A DNA stretch of 64,000 nucleotides, from NCBI GenBank assembly GCA_038245785.1, contig JBBRSB010000006.1:1-64000 (forward strand), in the 5' to 3' direction. Of the stretch, positions 30,703 to 39,409 are shown in pieces (positions within the stretch are counted from its first letter, which is position 1; the number at the start of each line of letters is the position of its first letter). The notes under the pieces were generated by a model. That model saw only the letters and a program-made list of their open reading frames with translations, was not told the DNA's origin and made no database searches. The translations under genes were made by a program, and so were the position numbers. Origin of the DNA: Gloeobacterales cyanobacterium. Its GTDB lineage: Bacteria; Cyanobacteriota; Cyanobacteriia; Gloeobacterales; PMM-0068.

Positions 30703-31614
30703 CTATGATTCAGGCGCTTCCTGTGGCTTGGGCACAAAAACAGACAGGGCCTGGGGGATGACGCGAAAGTGCGCAGGCGTCTTAGTCGTTATTTCCCCAT
30801 CAGTATTGATGGAACGGGGCCTTCGCGTCACTACCTTAATTTCTTGTGCTTCAAAAGTTCTGACCTTCGACAGCTGAGACTGGGTACCTTTTCTGAGAGC
30901 GGGTAAGGCAAAAACAACTTCCCACCAATGATCGACCTCCAAACTGTACAGATCGAGCCTTTGGTCATCTACATCAGCGTCATGGGCCACCGCCATGCCA
31001 CCGCCGTAGTAACGGCCATTCCCAACCGCAATTTGGAGTGTCCTCACTTGAACAGATTCCTCTTGATCACTATTTGGGGCGCGCCATTGGATTTCTGCTC
31101 GAAACGGTCTAGCTTCCAAAAGAACTTGTATAGCAGTCGCAGCATAGGCCAAAACACCCCAAGTCCGTTTTGCCTCACTCGTGAGGTTACGTGTAATTTT
31201 CACACTTAGTCCCATACTTGCCGCATTCAAGAAATACTTACCGTTTACCCAGCCCGCATCAATGCTACGAAGGTGACCCCCAGCAATAATCTGACAGGCG
31301 TCTGGAACAGAGGTCGGAATCCCTAAAGTGCGGGCTAAATCGTTTGCTGTGCCTAAGGGTAAAATCCCCAAGGGAAGATCCGTATCCACTAGGCCTTGCA
31401 CAGCAGCATTTAGGGTGCCATCACCACCACCGACGATGACCATATCCACTCGGTCACGATAGCGCTGTATGACCTCAGCTAGATGCTCAGGATGCTTTGT
31501 AGATTCTTCAAATAGTTCGAAGTCCAGCTCCTGCAAACACTTAATTGCTTGCAGCAAATCATCTTCACCTCGACGGGCTTGACGATTGACGAGAAGTAAG
31601 GCGCGTGAACTCAT
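30703..31614 (-). CDS. YegS/DAGK-family lipid kinase
   Basis: GGGDGT, PLGTANDLA, NGRYYGGG and DGE motifs. Confidence 0.93.
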   Translation of the reverse strand: MSSRALLLVNRQARRGEDDLLQAIKCLQELDFELFEESTKHPEHLAEVIQRYRDRVDMVIVGGGDGTLNAAVQGLVDTDLPLGILPLGTANDLARTLGIPTSVPDACQIIAGGHLRSIDAGWVNGKYFLNAASMGLSVKITRNLTSEAKRTWGVLAYAATAIQVLLEARPFRAEIQWRAPNSDQEESVQVRTLQIAVGNGRYYGGGMAVAHDADVDDQRLDLYSLEVDHWWEVVFALPALRKGTQSQLSKVRTFEAQEIKVVTRRPRSINTDGEITTKTPAHFRVIPQALSVFVPKPQEAPES

Positions 31615-31750
31615 ATCTCTAGGGTATTACTTTATTCCCTGACCTTGTACAAACGAAATCAAAATCTAGTCACAGTACCTGACCATTATTCAGCCACTTA
31701 AAAGAATCCACAATGACAAACTTTATGCTTGGCGTTTAGGTTCGCGATGA

Positions 31751-32377
31751 TTATACCTGATGGCTATTTTGGCTAAAGGTGCGGTAGTAGGAATACTGAG
31801 CAACGCTGAGCAGTTCTCTATCTCCCTTGCTGTCGCCGTAAGCATGTAGGCAGCAGTGATCCATATTAATCAGGTGTTGGAGACGGGCCAGTTTTTCCGG
31901 ACCATAGCAGTTTTTGCCTTGAATCCTGCCAGTGAATCTGCCTTTCTGTACTTCAAGTTCCGTTCCTAACACATCCTGGATACCCATATACTGAGCCCAA
32001 GGCTGTAGGTAAATGGCCAAGGAGGCACTGACCAAAATAGTGCGGTGTCCCTTGCTTTGATGCCAGCGCAGACGTTCCACGGCCTCATAGCGTAGCCATT
32101 TGGGGATTTCACATTCAGCAAAGTGTTCAGCTGCCTTGTACAATTGCTCTTGGGAAATACCAGCAAGGAAATGGGTTAAAACAACCTGTTTGGCTCGCCA
32201 GTTAGGAATCAAGCGCAGTCTGTAGGCTGTGAGGATAGGGCTGAGTCTCAACATTTTCATGAAGTACTGCTGGGTTCCAACTACTGAGTAAAGGAAGGGT
32301 AAGAGCGTGTCACGGTAAGTCAGGGTTTCATCAAAGTCGAAAGCGGCAACAGTTCCTATGGTGTTCTTCATGACCAT
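31751..32377 (-). CDS. HAD-IB family phosphatase
   Basis: DFDETLT motif I, VSAS motif II, NCYGPEK, AYGDSKGD motif IV. Confidence 0.92.
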   Translation of the reverse strand: MVMKNTIGTVAAFDFDETLTYRDTLLPFLYSVVGTQQYFMKMLRLSPILTAYRLRLIPNWRAKQVVLTHFLAGISQEQLYKAAEHFAECEIPKWLRYEAVERLRWHQSKGHRTILVSASLAIYLQPWAQYMGIQDVLGTELEVQKGRFTGRIQGKNCYGPEKLARLQHLINMDHCCLHAYGDSKGDRELLSVAQYSYYRTFSQNSHQV

Positions 32378-32380
32378 TAC

Positions 32381-32725
32381 CTATCCGTGGGACATCTTTG
32401 CAAGATATATGAGGACTATTCCACCCATAATTACCAAAGTTCCTAACCACTGAAGCGGGCTAACTATTTCACCTAGAAAAAAGGTGCTGACTACTACTGT
32501 AGCGATCAAGGTTATGCCAATGATCGTAGGGTATACAAAACTAAGTTCCAGCTTGCCAAGTGCTGTAATGTAGAGGATCGTGCTAAGACCATAGGCTACT
32601 AGACCACCTGCAAGGTTGACATTAAAGAGGTCCTTGCCTGCGCCTAGCTTCAGAAGAGTTTGAGCCAGAGTGTTCAACCCAGCTGTGAGCAGGACAGTAA
32701 CTAGAAGAATCAACCCTTGAAACAT
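32381..32725 (-). CDS. SMR/EamA-type 4-TM small transporter (ArnE/F-like)
   Basis: 114 aa, AQTLLKLG, ALGKLELSFVYP, FLGE...QWLG. Confidence 0.85.
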   Translation of the reverse strand: MFQGLILLVTVLLTAGLNTLAQTLLKLGAGKDLFNVNLAGGLVAYGLSTILYITALGKLELSFVYPTIIGITLIATVVVSTFFLGEIVSPLQWLGTLVIMGGIVLIYLAKMSHG

Positions 32726-32848
32726 GATGTGTGGCCTTGAAAACTTAAAAATTATTCTAGAACCACTACCATACTTGCCAGCCTGCTAACGTGGTGTTGA
32801 AAGAGAGAGGTATCTTCTTGATTTCATCCTCTTAGATGCGTTAGATAT

Positions 32849-33823
32849 TTATTGTAGAATCCCCGCATGATTTAACCAGAGGATAGTCAGACAGCTGATT
32901 CCCCAAGTAAAGACCGTTAACAATATGCCGCGATCGTTTATCAAGACCTCCTCGGGTCTTTCTGTCTGTTCTTCGCTATCCCCATTCTGACTCCGACGTG
33001 TGATTTCCTGAGGATCGCTGAGCAACTGATAGCGAAAAATACCATACAGCACAAAAGGCAATGAGAGCATCATCCATGCTGTCGGTGCTCCTCTGACCAC
33101 TGGTCCAGAGGCCCAGAGAGCATAACAAACCAATGCTGATGTGGTCACCACACTTTCCATGCGCGTCAGTAAATCCAGAGAGTATCGCTCTAGCACTTTG
33201 CGTGAAGGTATTCCACGTTTCTCGCAGATCCTCAACTCCGCCTTGCGCTTCTCTACTCCCAAAAACAACGCCAGCATCGCTGTGCATAATAAAAACCATG
33301 GAGAAAGGGCTACGCCCGCTGCCACACCGCCTGCACAAGCCCGAAGCACAAACCCCATAGCAATGGCCAACACATCTAGAATGACCGTCTGCTTAAGTTT
33401 AAGATTGTATGCAATCTGCATCGCAGCGTAGGCAATCAATATAAGTCCCAGACCTGTTGAGTACCATAAACCAAACCCCAGGCTACCAGCCAGAAGAAGA
33501 ATAGCCATGACAATGGCTGCTGGAACAGGGACCCAACCAGCAGCGATGGGCCGCTTACACTTAACCGGATGTAAGCGGTCCGCTTCAACATCGACTACAT
33601 CGTTGACCAGATAGAAACTACTTGAAAGGCAACAAAATAGCCAGAAGGCTACCGTACTATCAGTCCATGCCCCTGGCTCAAGACGAAAAGCAAAGAGGAC
33701 AGCCGCAAAGATAATAAGGTTCTTGGTCCACTGTCGTGGACGCATAGCTATTAATAAAGACCCGGGGAATGAAGATAAACTAGCTTTAACTACTCGAATG
33801 CTTAAATTAGAATGATTATTCAT
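32849..33823 (-). CDS. Polyprenyl-phosphate phosphoribosyltransferase (UbiA family, DPPR synthase-like)
   Basis: MRPRQWTKN, YLVNDVVDVEADRLHPVKCKRPIAAG, GFVLR, LFLGVEKRKAEL, YGIFRY. Confidence 0.93.
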   Translation of the reverse strand: MNNHSNLSIRVVKASLSSFPGSLLIAMRPRQWTKNLIIFAAVLFAFRLEPGAWTDSTVAFWLFCCLSSSFYLVNDVVDVEADRLHPVKCKRPIAAGWVPVPAAIVMAILLLAGSLGFGLWYSTGLGLILIAYAAMQIAYNLKLKQTVILDVLAIAMGFVLRACAGGVAAGVALSPWFLLCTAMLALFLGVEKRKAELRICEKRGIPSRKVLERYSLDLLTRMESVVTTSALVCYALWASGPVVRGAPTAWMMLSLPFVLYGIFRYQLLSDPQEITRRSQNGDSEEQTERPEEVLINDRGILLTVFTWGISCLTILWLNHAGILQ

Positions 33824-34081
33824 AACGATAAACCGTAATATGAGGAACCATGATGCAATTAGTTAATCATATAAACTTTCCATAGGGGAGCCAGTTCGAT
33901 ATGCTACAAAGTAAGAAATTAAAATATAAGCTTGCCAATTAGGTTACAGTTTAAGGCTAAAATCCATAAATTCATAATCTACTTCGGGCTTATTTGATAC
34001 AAAACATCCGCTGTATGCCTTGATAAATCTATAGGTGATACGATATTTATTATGCCTGGTTCACTAATTTCGCCTATTCAA

Positions 34082-34106
34082 AGATCCCCTCATTTTTGAG
34101 GGGTCT
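34082..34106 (-). terminator. Hairpin downstream of the GMC oxidoreductase gene
   Basis: AGATCCCCTCA-TTTT-TGAGGGGTCT. Confidence 0.5.
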
Positions 34107-34195
34107 GGATATCAAACAGTATGGCAAAAGGCTCTCAAAGGTCAAGCTTAGACATCTTCAGCAGCAAGCTTTTGAGGAAATTCTCGATTAATAAT

Positions 34196-35674
34196 TTACG
34201 CTTTTACTTTCCTAATCAAATGGTCTGCAAGACGTAAAGAAAGTTGAACAATCGTTAAAGTTGGGTTAGCATGACCGCCTCGTGGAAAGACAGATCCACC
34301 CACAACGTACATATTAGACTGATTGAAAAGTTTGCAATTTTTATCAACTATCCCACTAGAAGAAGAAGTTGACATCCTTGTTCCGCCTAGATGATGGCCA
34401 TAGAGATGCTCCTCGTTATCCACGGGTGGATCCTTCTCATTAATAAGCCAGTCACTGAGTTTAACTCTGCCCAAGTTATTTACGGCAATAAATTTTGCAA
34501 ATTCATAGGCTGTAGTTTTGGCTGCTCTATACTCAGATTTCTTTTTTCGCCAATGCAATTCCAAAGTTGGCATTCCTAGCCGATCACGTTTATCTGAAAG
34601 AATTATCTTATTGTTAGGATCTGGTACTTGTTCCCATATTCCCAAAAGTTGACGAACAAATACCTTATAGCCAGAATCCAACAGGCCCTGCGCTAGAAAA
34701 GGCGCTATTTTAAAAATCTCTGTAGCTATTTTTTCCTTTAGTTGATCCTTGTCATGAAGAGGCACTGTTAACGCTCCCGCTGCTCCCTCTATAGGGTCGG
34801 CTCGTAGTATAGGATCAACTCTCAATGTGATGTTCATTAATTTATTCTTATCTAAAAAATCTTTATTAGGAGAATAATTTACTAATCCATCAGGCAAGGG
34901 ATCTTTATCACCCCACATCAAAACTCTGCCCAATTCGAAGTGAGGATGAGACATCCAATACTTGCCTAGAGTGTCTGCATTTTGGATTAACCTACCACCG
35001 GAGAGTTTATTAGACCACAACAAAAGTCTTGAATTTTCCATTCCTCCTGTAGCCAAAATATAAAATTTACTTTTAATCTTAAAGTCTTTGTTTGTATCCG
35101 TTTTAAAAGTAGCTTCTTGTATGTAGTTACCACCTGTTTCAAGGCTGAACAGATTTGCATTGAAAAGCAATTCACAATATTTAGATTTCTTCAAAACATC
35201 TAAGTACTTTTCCTTAAAACGAACAGGCCCAGACAGCTTAAAATCAACCTGATTAAAGTAACTACCTAATTCCTGATCTTTGAAATTGTTCTTTATCTCG
35301 AGGATCTTGCAGGCTTCACCTAGGTACTTTGACAGTGCAGCTTTGTTGATGGGCCAAGCAGGAATTGAACTATCAAAACTGCATTCGGTGAAATCATACT
35401 CATCTAAAGGTCTACAGTAACCACCCCAATGATTTGTGGTGCCACCAAAGTATCTTAGTCTGCTGTAAGCGACATCTAGTTCTGGATCGGCAACAACTTT
35501 GCCTTTGTAAAGTGACTGTGACTCTTCTGAATAGTCATCTTGGCCACCTTCACAAAGCAAAACATTTATTTTTGCTTTTGCAAGTTCCGAGGCGATCGTA
35601 ATTCCTGCTGCTCCTGCTCCAATTACACAAACATCGTAGGTCTTCGAACTGGCTCGCCTAGTATCTATAATCAT
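34196..35674 (-). CDS. GMC-family FAD oxidoreductase
   Basis: DVCVIGAGAAG, RLRYFGGTTNHWGG, GGMENSRLLL, HHLGGTRM, ANPTLT; start MIIDTRR at 35674 overlaps the upstream stop (ATGA). Confidence 0.9.
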   Translation of the reverse strand: MIIDTRRASSKTYDVCVIGAGAAGITIASELAKAKINVLLCEGGQDDYSEESQSLYKGKVVADPELDVAYSRLRYFGGTTNHWGGYCRPLDEYDFTECSFDSSIPAWPINKAALSKYLGEACKILEIKNNFKDQELGSYFNQVDFKLSGPVRFKEKYLDVLKKSKYCELLFNANLFSLETGGNYIQEATFKTDTNKDFKIKSKFYILATGGMENSRLLLWSNKLSGGRLIQNADTLGKYWMSHPHFELGRVLMWGDKDPLPDGLVNYSPNKDFLDKNKLMNITLRVDPILRADPIEGAAGALTVPLHDKDQLKEKIATEIFKIAPFLAQGLLDSGYKVFVRQLLGIWEQVPDPNNKIILSDKRDRLGMPTLELHWRKKKSEYRAAKTTAYEFAKFIAVNNLGRVKLSDWLINEKDPPVDNEEHLYGHHLGGTRMSTSSSSGIVDKNCKLFNQSNMYVVGGSVFPRGGHANPTLTIVQLSLRLADHLIRKVKA

Positions 35675-35826
35675 AAATCTGAGCTGAGTAAAACCCAACC
35701 ATCTACGGTAACTATTTCCGGTTTCATTGCTTTTGAATGTTCTTTTTTCTCATTCAAGAGTCCTAAGCCTGATAACACCAGCATGCCACTGGTCATATTT
35801 CTTAAGATTGTTCGCCTCTTCACCAC
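35671..35826 (-). CDS. Small twin-arginine protein (51 aa, not in ORF track), coupled to the GMC gene
   Basis: RBS AGAGGA 8 nt upstream of GTG; MVKRRTILRNMTSGMLVLSGLGLLNEKKEHSKAMKPEIVTVDGWVLLSSDL*; ATGA overlap with the GMC start. Confidence 0.75.
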   Translation of the reverse strand: MVKRRTILRNMTSGMLVLSGLGLLNEKKEHSKAMKPEIVTVDGWVLLSSDL

Positions 35827-36140
35827 AAGATCAATCCTCTGAGTTTGTGTATTTTGCCGTATTCTCTTTTAGCGTAATTTCGAATCACTTCGCAAGTTTT
35901 CATATCGATGCTGTTCTAGAATACCCCAGCAGAACCCTGTACTTTCTATAGCGGAAGAATATATTAGTAGAATTCTCAAGGCTATACTGCATTCCTACAT
36001 GCTTTGGATTAAGCTATAACCCATGTCACGCAAGGCTTTCACGTATCACTTTCACCCTATCTCTGATCAGGGAATTATCCTTGCGTCGGACGCTGAAGAG
36101 TGTCAATTTAGAGAAACAGCAGAAGAGCGCGTGTATAGTT

Positions 36141-36779
36141 TCAGGGTACTAGTGCCACAATTTGAAAGTGTGGATACCAAAGAGTCCAACGGAGCACTGG
36201 TTGGCCAACTGTGGCTCCAGTTGATTGCAAAACTTTAACAACATCTTTACTTTGACGTTGATGAACCCATTCTCTTGCCAGCAACAAGTCATGAAGCTGA
36301 TTCATAAAGGAGCCGAGAATTTTAGATGCCTCAATATCTTTAATGATTACCATTGATCCCGAATCCATACCTGCAATTATTTTACGAAGAAAATCATCTT
36401 GTAGTTTTGCAGGTATGTGGTGTAAAACATCAACCATAGTTACAGTGTCATATCCATGTAGATCTGGCGGTGTTTCTTCCGGAGGCAAATGGATAACCTG
36501 AAATACTTCAGGTTCCATTTCAAAAGCCTTAGCAGCTTTCACTGCTTCAGAAGAGATCTCATAACCATGAGCTACTTTTACTGAACGCAACTTTAAAGCT
36601 AGATAAAGTAACGCTCCGGTCCCACAACCAATATCATAAAGGCGGGTACCTTTGGGAATCTTAGCAAGAACCATATCAAGAGGACAGATAAATGGGCGAT
36701 AGCGCGTTTTCAGTGCAGTAAGCCCAGACATTTTTTGACAAGGTAATTTCAACTCATTGGCAAGACTAGAACTATTCAT
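36141..36779 (-). CDS. Class I SAM-dependent methyltransferase
   Basis: YDIGCGTG motif I, DVLHHIP. Confidence 0.88.
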   Translation of the reverse strand: MNSSSLANELKLPCQKMSGLTALKTRYRPFICPLDMVLAKIPKGTRLYDIGCGTGALLYLALKLRSVKVAHGYEISSEAVKAAKAFEMEPEVFQVIHLPPEETPPDLHGYDTVTMVDVLHHIPAKLQDDFLRKIIAGMDSGSMVIIKDIEASKILGSFMNQLHDLLLAREWVHQRQSKDVVKVLQSTGATVGQPVLRWTLWYPHFQIVALVP

Positions 36780-37460
36780 ATAAGTTTCTAGATAAAATGG
36801 CTACAGATGAAACTTCTTTGGGTCGCTAACTACGTCCACTCTGTTCAAGGTTATCACTAAATATTATACAAGACAAACCAAGATGACCAGCCTCTAGGAA
36901 GTAGACCCCCATACCAGTGGGGACCAGCACTCCAGAGAGCATAGGTGACTATAGTGCTTCACTGAAACTGGACAGGTACAGGAAAAAACCTACGGTGTAT
37001 ATCGATGAGCCTCCCCCTGGGCAATGTTGGGCACCAAACAAAAATAGTTCCTACCTTATTCCCCCAGAGAATCGGTCAAAATCTGTATTGATTTGGCATT
37101 TTTCATTTTCTATCTCTTAGAGATTAAGTTCAATAAATTTAAATGGTTTTACCAGTCCTTTAATGTGTTGCCTATGAAGCAAATATAAGCTTGTTTCTTA
37201 GAAACTACCTAAGAGAAATTTATGGCCTTGTCCTCATCCCCCATGCGCTATGCGGCAAAATTGTATTTTTCTAACACCCTACAAATTAATGAACTCCTTG
37301 CTCATTCGAAGGAAATCCTCTTAGCGTCTAGATTGTCCTGACACAACCACGTATTTATAAAGATAACTGTATCTAAAAAGACCCGTATTTTACGGGATTT
37401 TATGCTTAGATTTTTATGTTTAGATGACGTTACAAAACAAAGTAGTGGATTAAAGATACT

Positions 37461-39344
37461 GTGACACAACAACATGCAGCTCCATTTTACGTCCTTGGGG
37501 GTGGTCCAGCTGGCTTAGCAGCGGCTTACACACTCTGCAAACAAGGGCATTCTGTCGTCGTTGTCGAACGGGACTCCACTGTCGGTGGACTGGCTAAGAG
37601 CTTCGAGCATGAGGGCTTCACTCTCGACTATGGGCCTCACCGATTCTTTACTAAGCTTCGTCCGGTGCTTCAATTCTGGAACGAGGTCCTCGGGGACGAA
37701 CAGGTAACTGTTAACCGTCTCACGCGTATCTACTATGGCAATCGCTACTTCAGCTACCCGCTTAAGGCATTCGAGGCCCTATTAACCCTTGGTTTCACGG
37801 AAAGTGCGCGTATCGTAGCATCCTATCTCACCGCTCAACTTTTCCCTAACCGCTCCCCCAAGAACTTCGCTGAGTGGGTGAGCGGGCGCTTCGGTCGTCG
37901 CCTTTTTGAGATTTTCTTTGAGGGTTATACCGAAAAGCTCTGGGGTATTCCCTGCTCAGAAATTTCTGCTGACTGGGCTGCACAGCGTATTAAAGGCCTA
38001 TCGCTCTTGTCTGCTGTTCGGAGCGCACTCTTGGGTAACAACGGCAAGGTCAAGAGCCTCGTCGACCAATTTCAATTTCCTCGCCTGGGTTCGGGTCAGC
38101 TATATGACCGGGCTGCAGACTACTTAACTAGTCATGGGCAGACGGTACTCCTTGATACAGAAGTATTGCGCATCCACCATCAAAACAACCAAGCCCAAGC
38201 TCTCACGCTCAAGGACTGCCGAACCGGCGAAGAGCGGATAGTGGAATGTTCTGGGGTGATCAGCTCGATACCTTTGACGCATTTAGTCGAGCAACTGACC
38301 CCGGCAGCACCCGAACCCGTCAAACAGATGGCGAAGTCTTTGCGCTTTCGTAACACAGTGCTCGTCTATGTAATGGTCGATAGTGGCCAGCTCTTCCCTG
38401 ATAACTGGCTATACATTAATGACCCGAGTGTTCAATTAGGTCGGGTTACTAACTTCGCCAACTGGTCTGCCGACATGCTACCTAACCGCGAACAAACTCC
38501 ACTTTGCTGTGAATACTGGTGCCAGTTTGAGGGGTTATGGAAGATGGACGACGACGAGCTTATAGCCATGGCTGAGCGAGATCTGCGCAAGATTGGGCTG
38601 TTGAATGATGAGGCGGTCAACGGAGGATTTGTGATTCGGCTGCCACGCACTTACCCAATTTATGCGGGGAACTATAAGGAGGCGCTTGCGACCATTCAGA
38701 ATCATTTGCAGGGCATCAACAACCTTCAAGCAGTTGGGCGATACGGAGCGTTCAAGTACAACAACCAGGATCATAGTCTGCTGATGGGAATTATGGCCGC
38801 GGAAAACGTGACCACGCCGGGTAAGCACGACCTTTGGACGGTTAACTCTGACGATGACTACCAGGAGGAAGCGAAGGAAAGCGAGACAACCACACCTGTG
38901 GCTGAACAAAGCCCTGTCAAGAAACCAGTACTACCCCGGCTGATAAATCAACTAGGAACTTATCTTCTGACAGGCGGAATTGCAACGATTATAGATGTGA
39001 TGGTGTTTTCCGGATTGACCAAGGCCGGCATTTGGTATGTATTCGCCCTTTGCATTAGCTACTTTTTTGGTCTGACCACCAATTTCTGGTTGAGCCAGCG
39101 CTACGTCTTCGGCATATACTGGCAAAACTGGCGATTGCAGTATGTGGTATTTGCGACTGTTGCACTTAACAGCTTACTCGCGAACCTTGGCTTGCTGCAA
39201 TTGCTCATTAATGAACTCGGATGGGATGCGACGTTAGCACGCCTAGTAAGTGCTGGTTCTGTGGCAATGCTGAGCTTTGCTGGACACAAGCTCTACTCAT
39301 TCAAGGGTGAGTATGAGGCGCAGAGTGAGCGAAGCACAGGCTAA
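37461..39344 (+). CDS. FAD-dependent oxidoreductase (HemY/UDP-galactopyranose-mutase-like superfamily) fused to a C-terminal GtrA flippase domain
   Basis: GGGPAGL, VGGLA, DYGPHRFFTK, GRYGAFKYNNQDHS; C-terminal ~130 aa with four TM helices (YLLTGGIATIID, NFWLSQRYVF). Confidence 0.88.
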   Translation: MTQQHAAPFYVLGGGPAGLAAAYTLCKQGHSVVVVERDSTVGGLAKSFEHEGFTLDYGPHRFFTKLRPVLQFWNEVLGDEQVTVNRLTRIYYGNRYFSYPLKAFEALLTLGFTESARIVASYLTAQLFPNRSPKNFAEWVSGRFGRRLFEIFFEGYTEKLWGIPCSEISADWAAQRIKGLSLLSAVRSALLGNNGKVKSLVDQFQFPRLGSGQLYDRAADYLTSHGQTVLLDTEVLRIHHQNNQAQALTLKDCRTGEERIVECSGVISSIPLTHLVEQLTPAAPEPVKQMAKSLRFRNTVLVYVMVDSGQLFPDNWLYINDPSVQLGRVTNFANWSADMLPNREQTPLCCEYWCQFEGLWKMDDDELIAMAERDLRKIGLLNDEAVNGGFVIRLPRTYPIYAGNYKEALATIQNHLQGINNLQAVGRYGAFKYNNQDHSLLMGIMAAENVTTPGKHDLWTVNSDDDYQEEAKESETTTPVAEQSPVKKPVLPRLINQLGTYLLTGGIATIIDVMVFSGLTKAGIWYVFALCISYFFGLTTNFWLSQRYVFGIYWQNWRLQYVVFATVALNSLLANLGLLQLLINELGWDATLARLVSAGSVAMLSFAGHKLYSFKGEYEAQSERSTG

Positions 39345-39409
39345 GCAGGGTTGGGTAAAGGGAGTTGCTGAATTAAGGATGAAACTCTTAAACTTCTGTC
39401 AAAGATAAG

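Noticed and set aside
35675..35698. Track's N-terminal extension (MGFTQLRF) of the GMC ORF
   Set aside because: It overlaps the small twin-arginine ORF; the ATGA-coupled start at 35674 (MIID...) fits better.
36917..37120. Small intergenic ORFs (this one, plus 16221..16454, 17462..17677 and 42409..42633)
   Set aside because: Non-ATG starts, no RBS and no recognisable domain.
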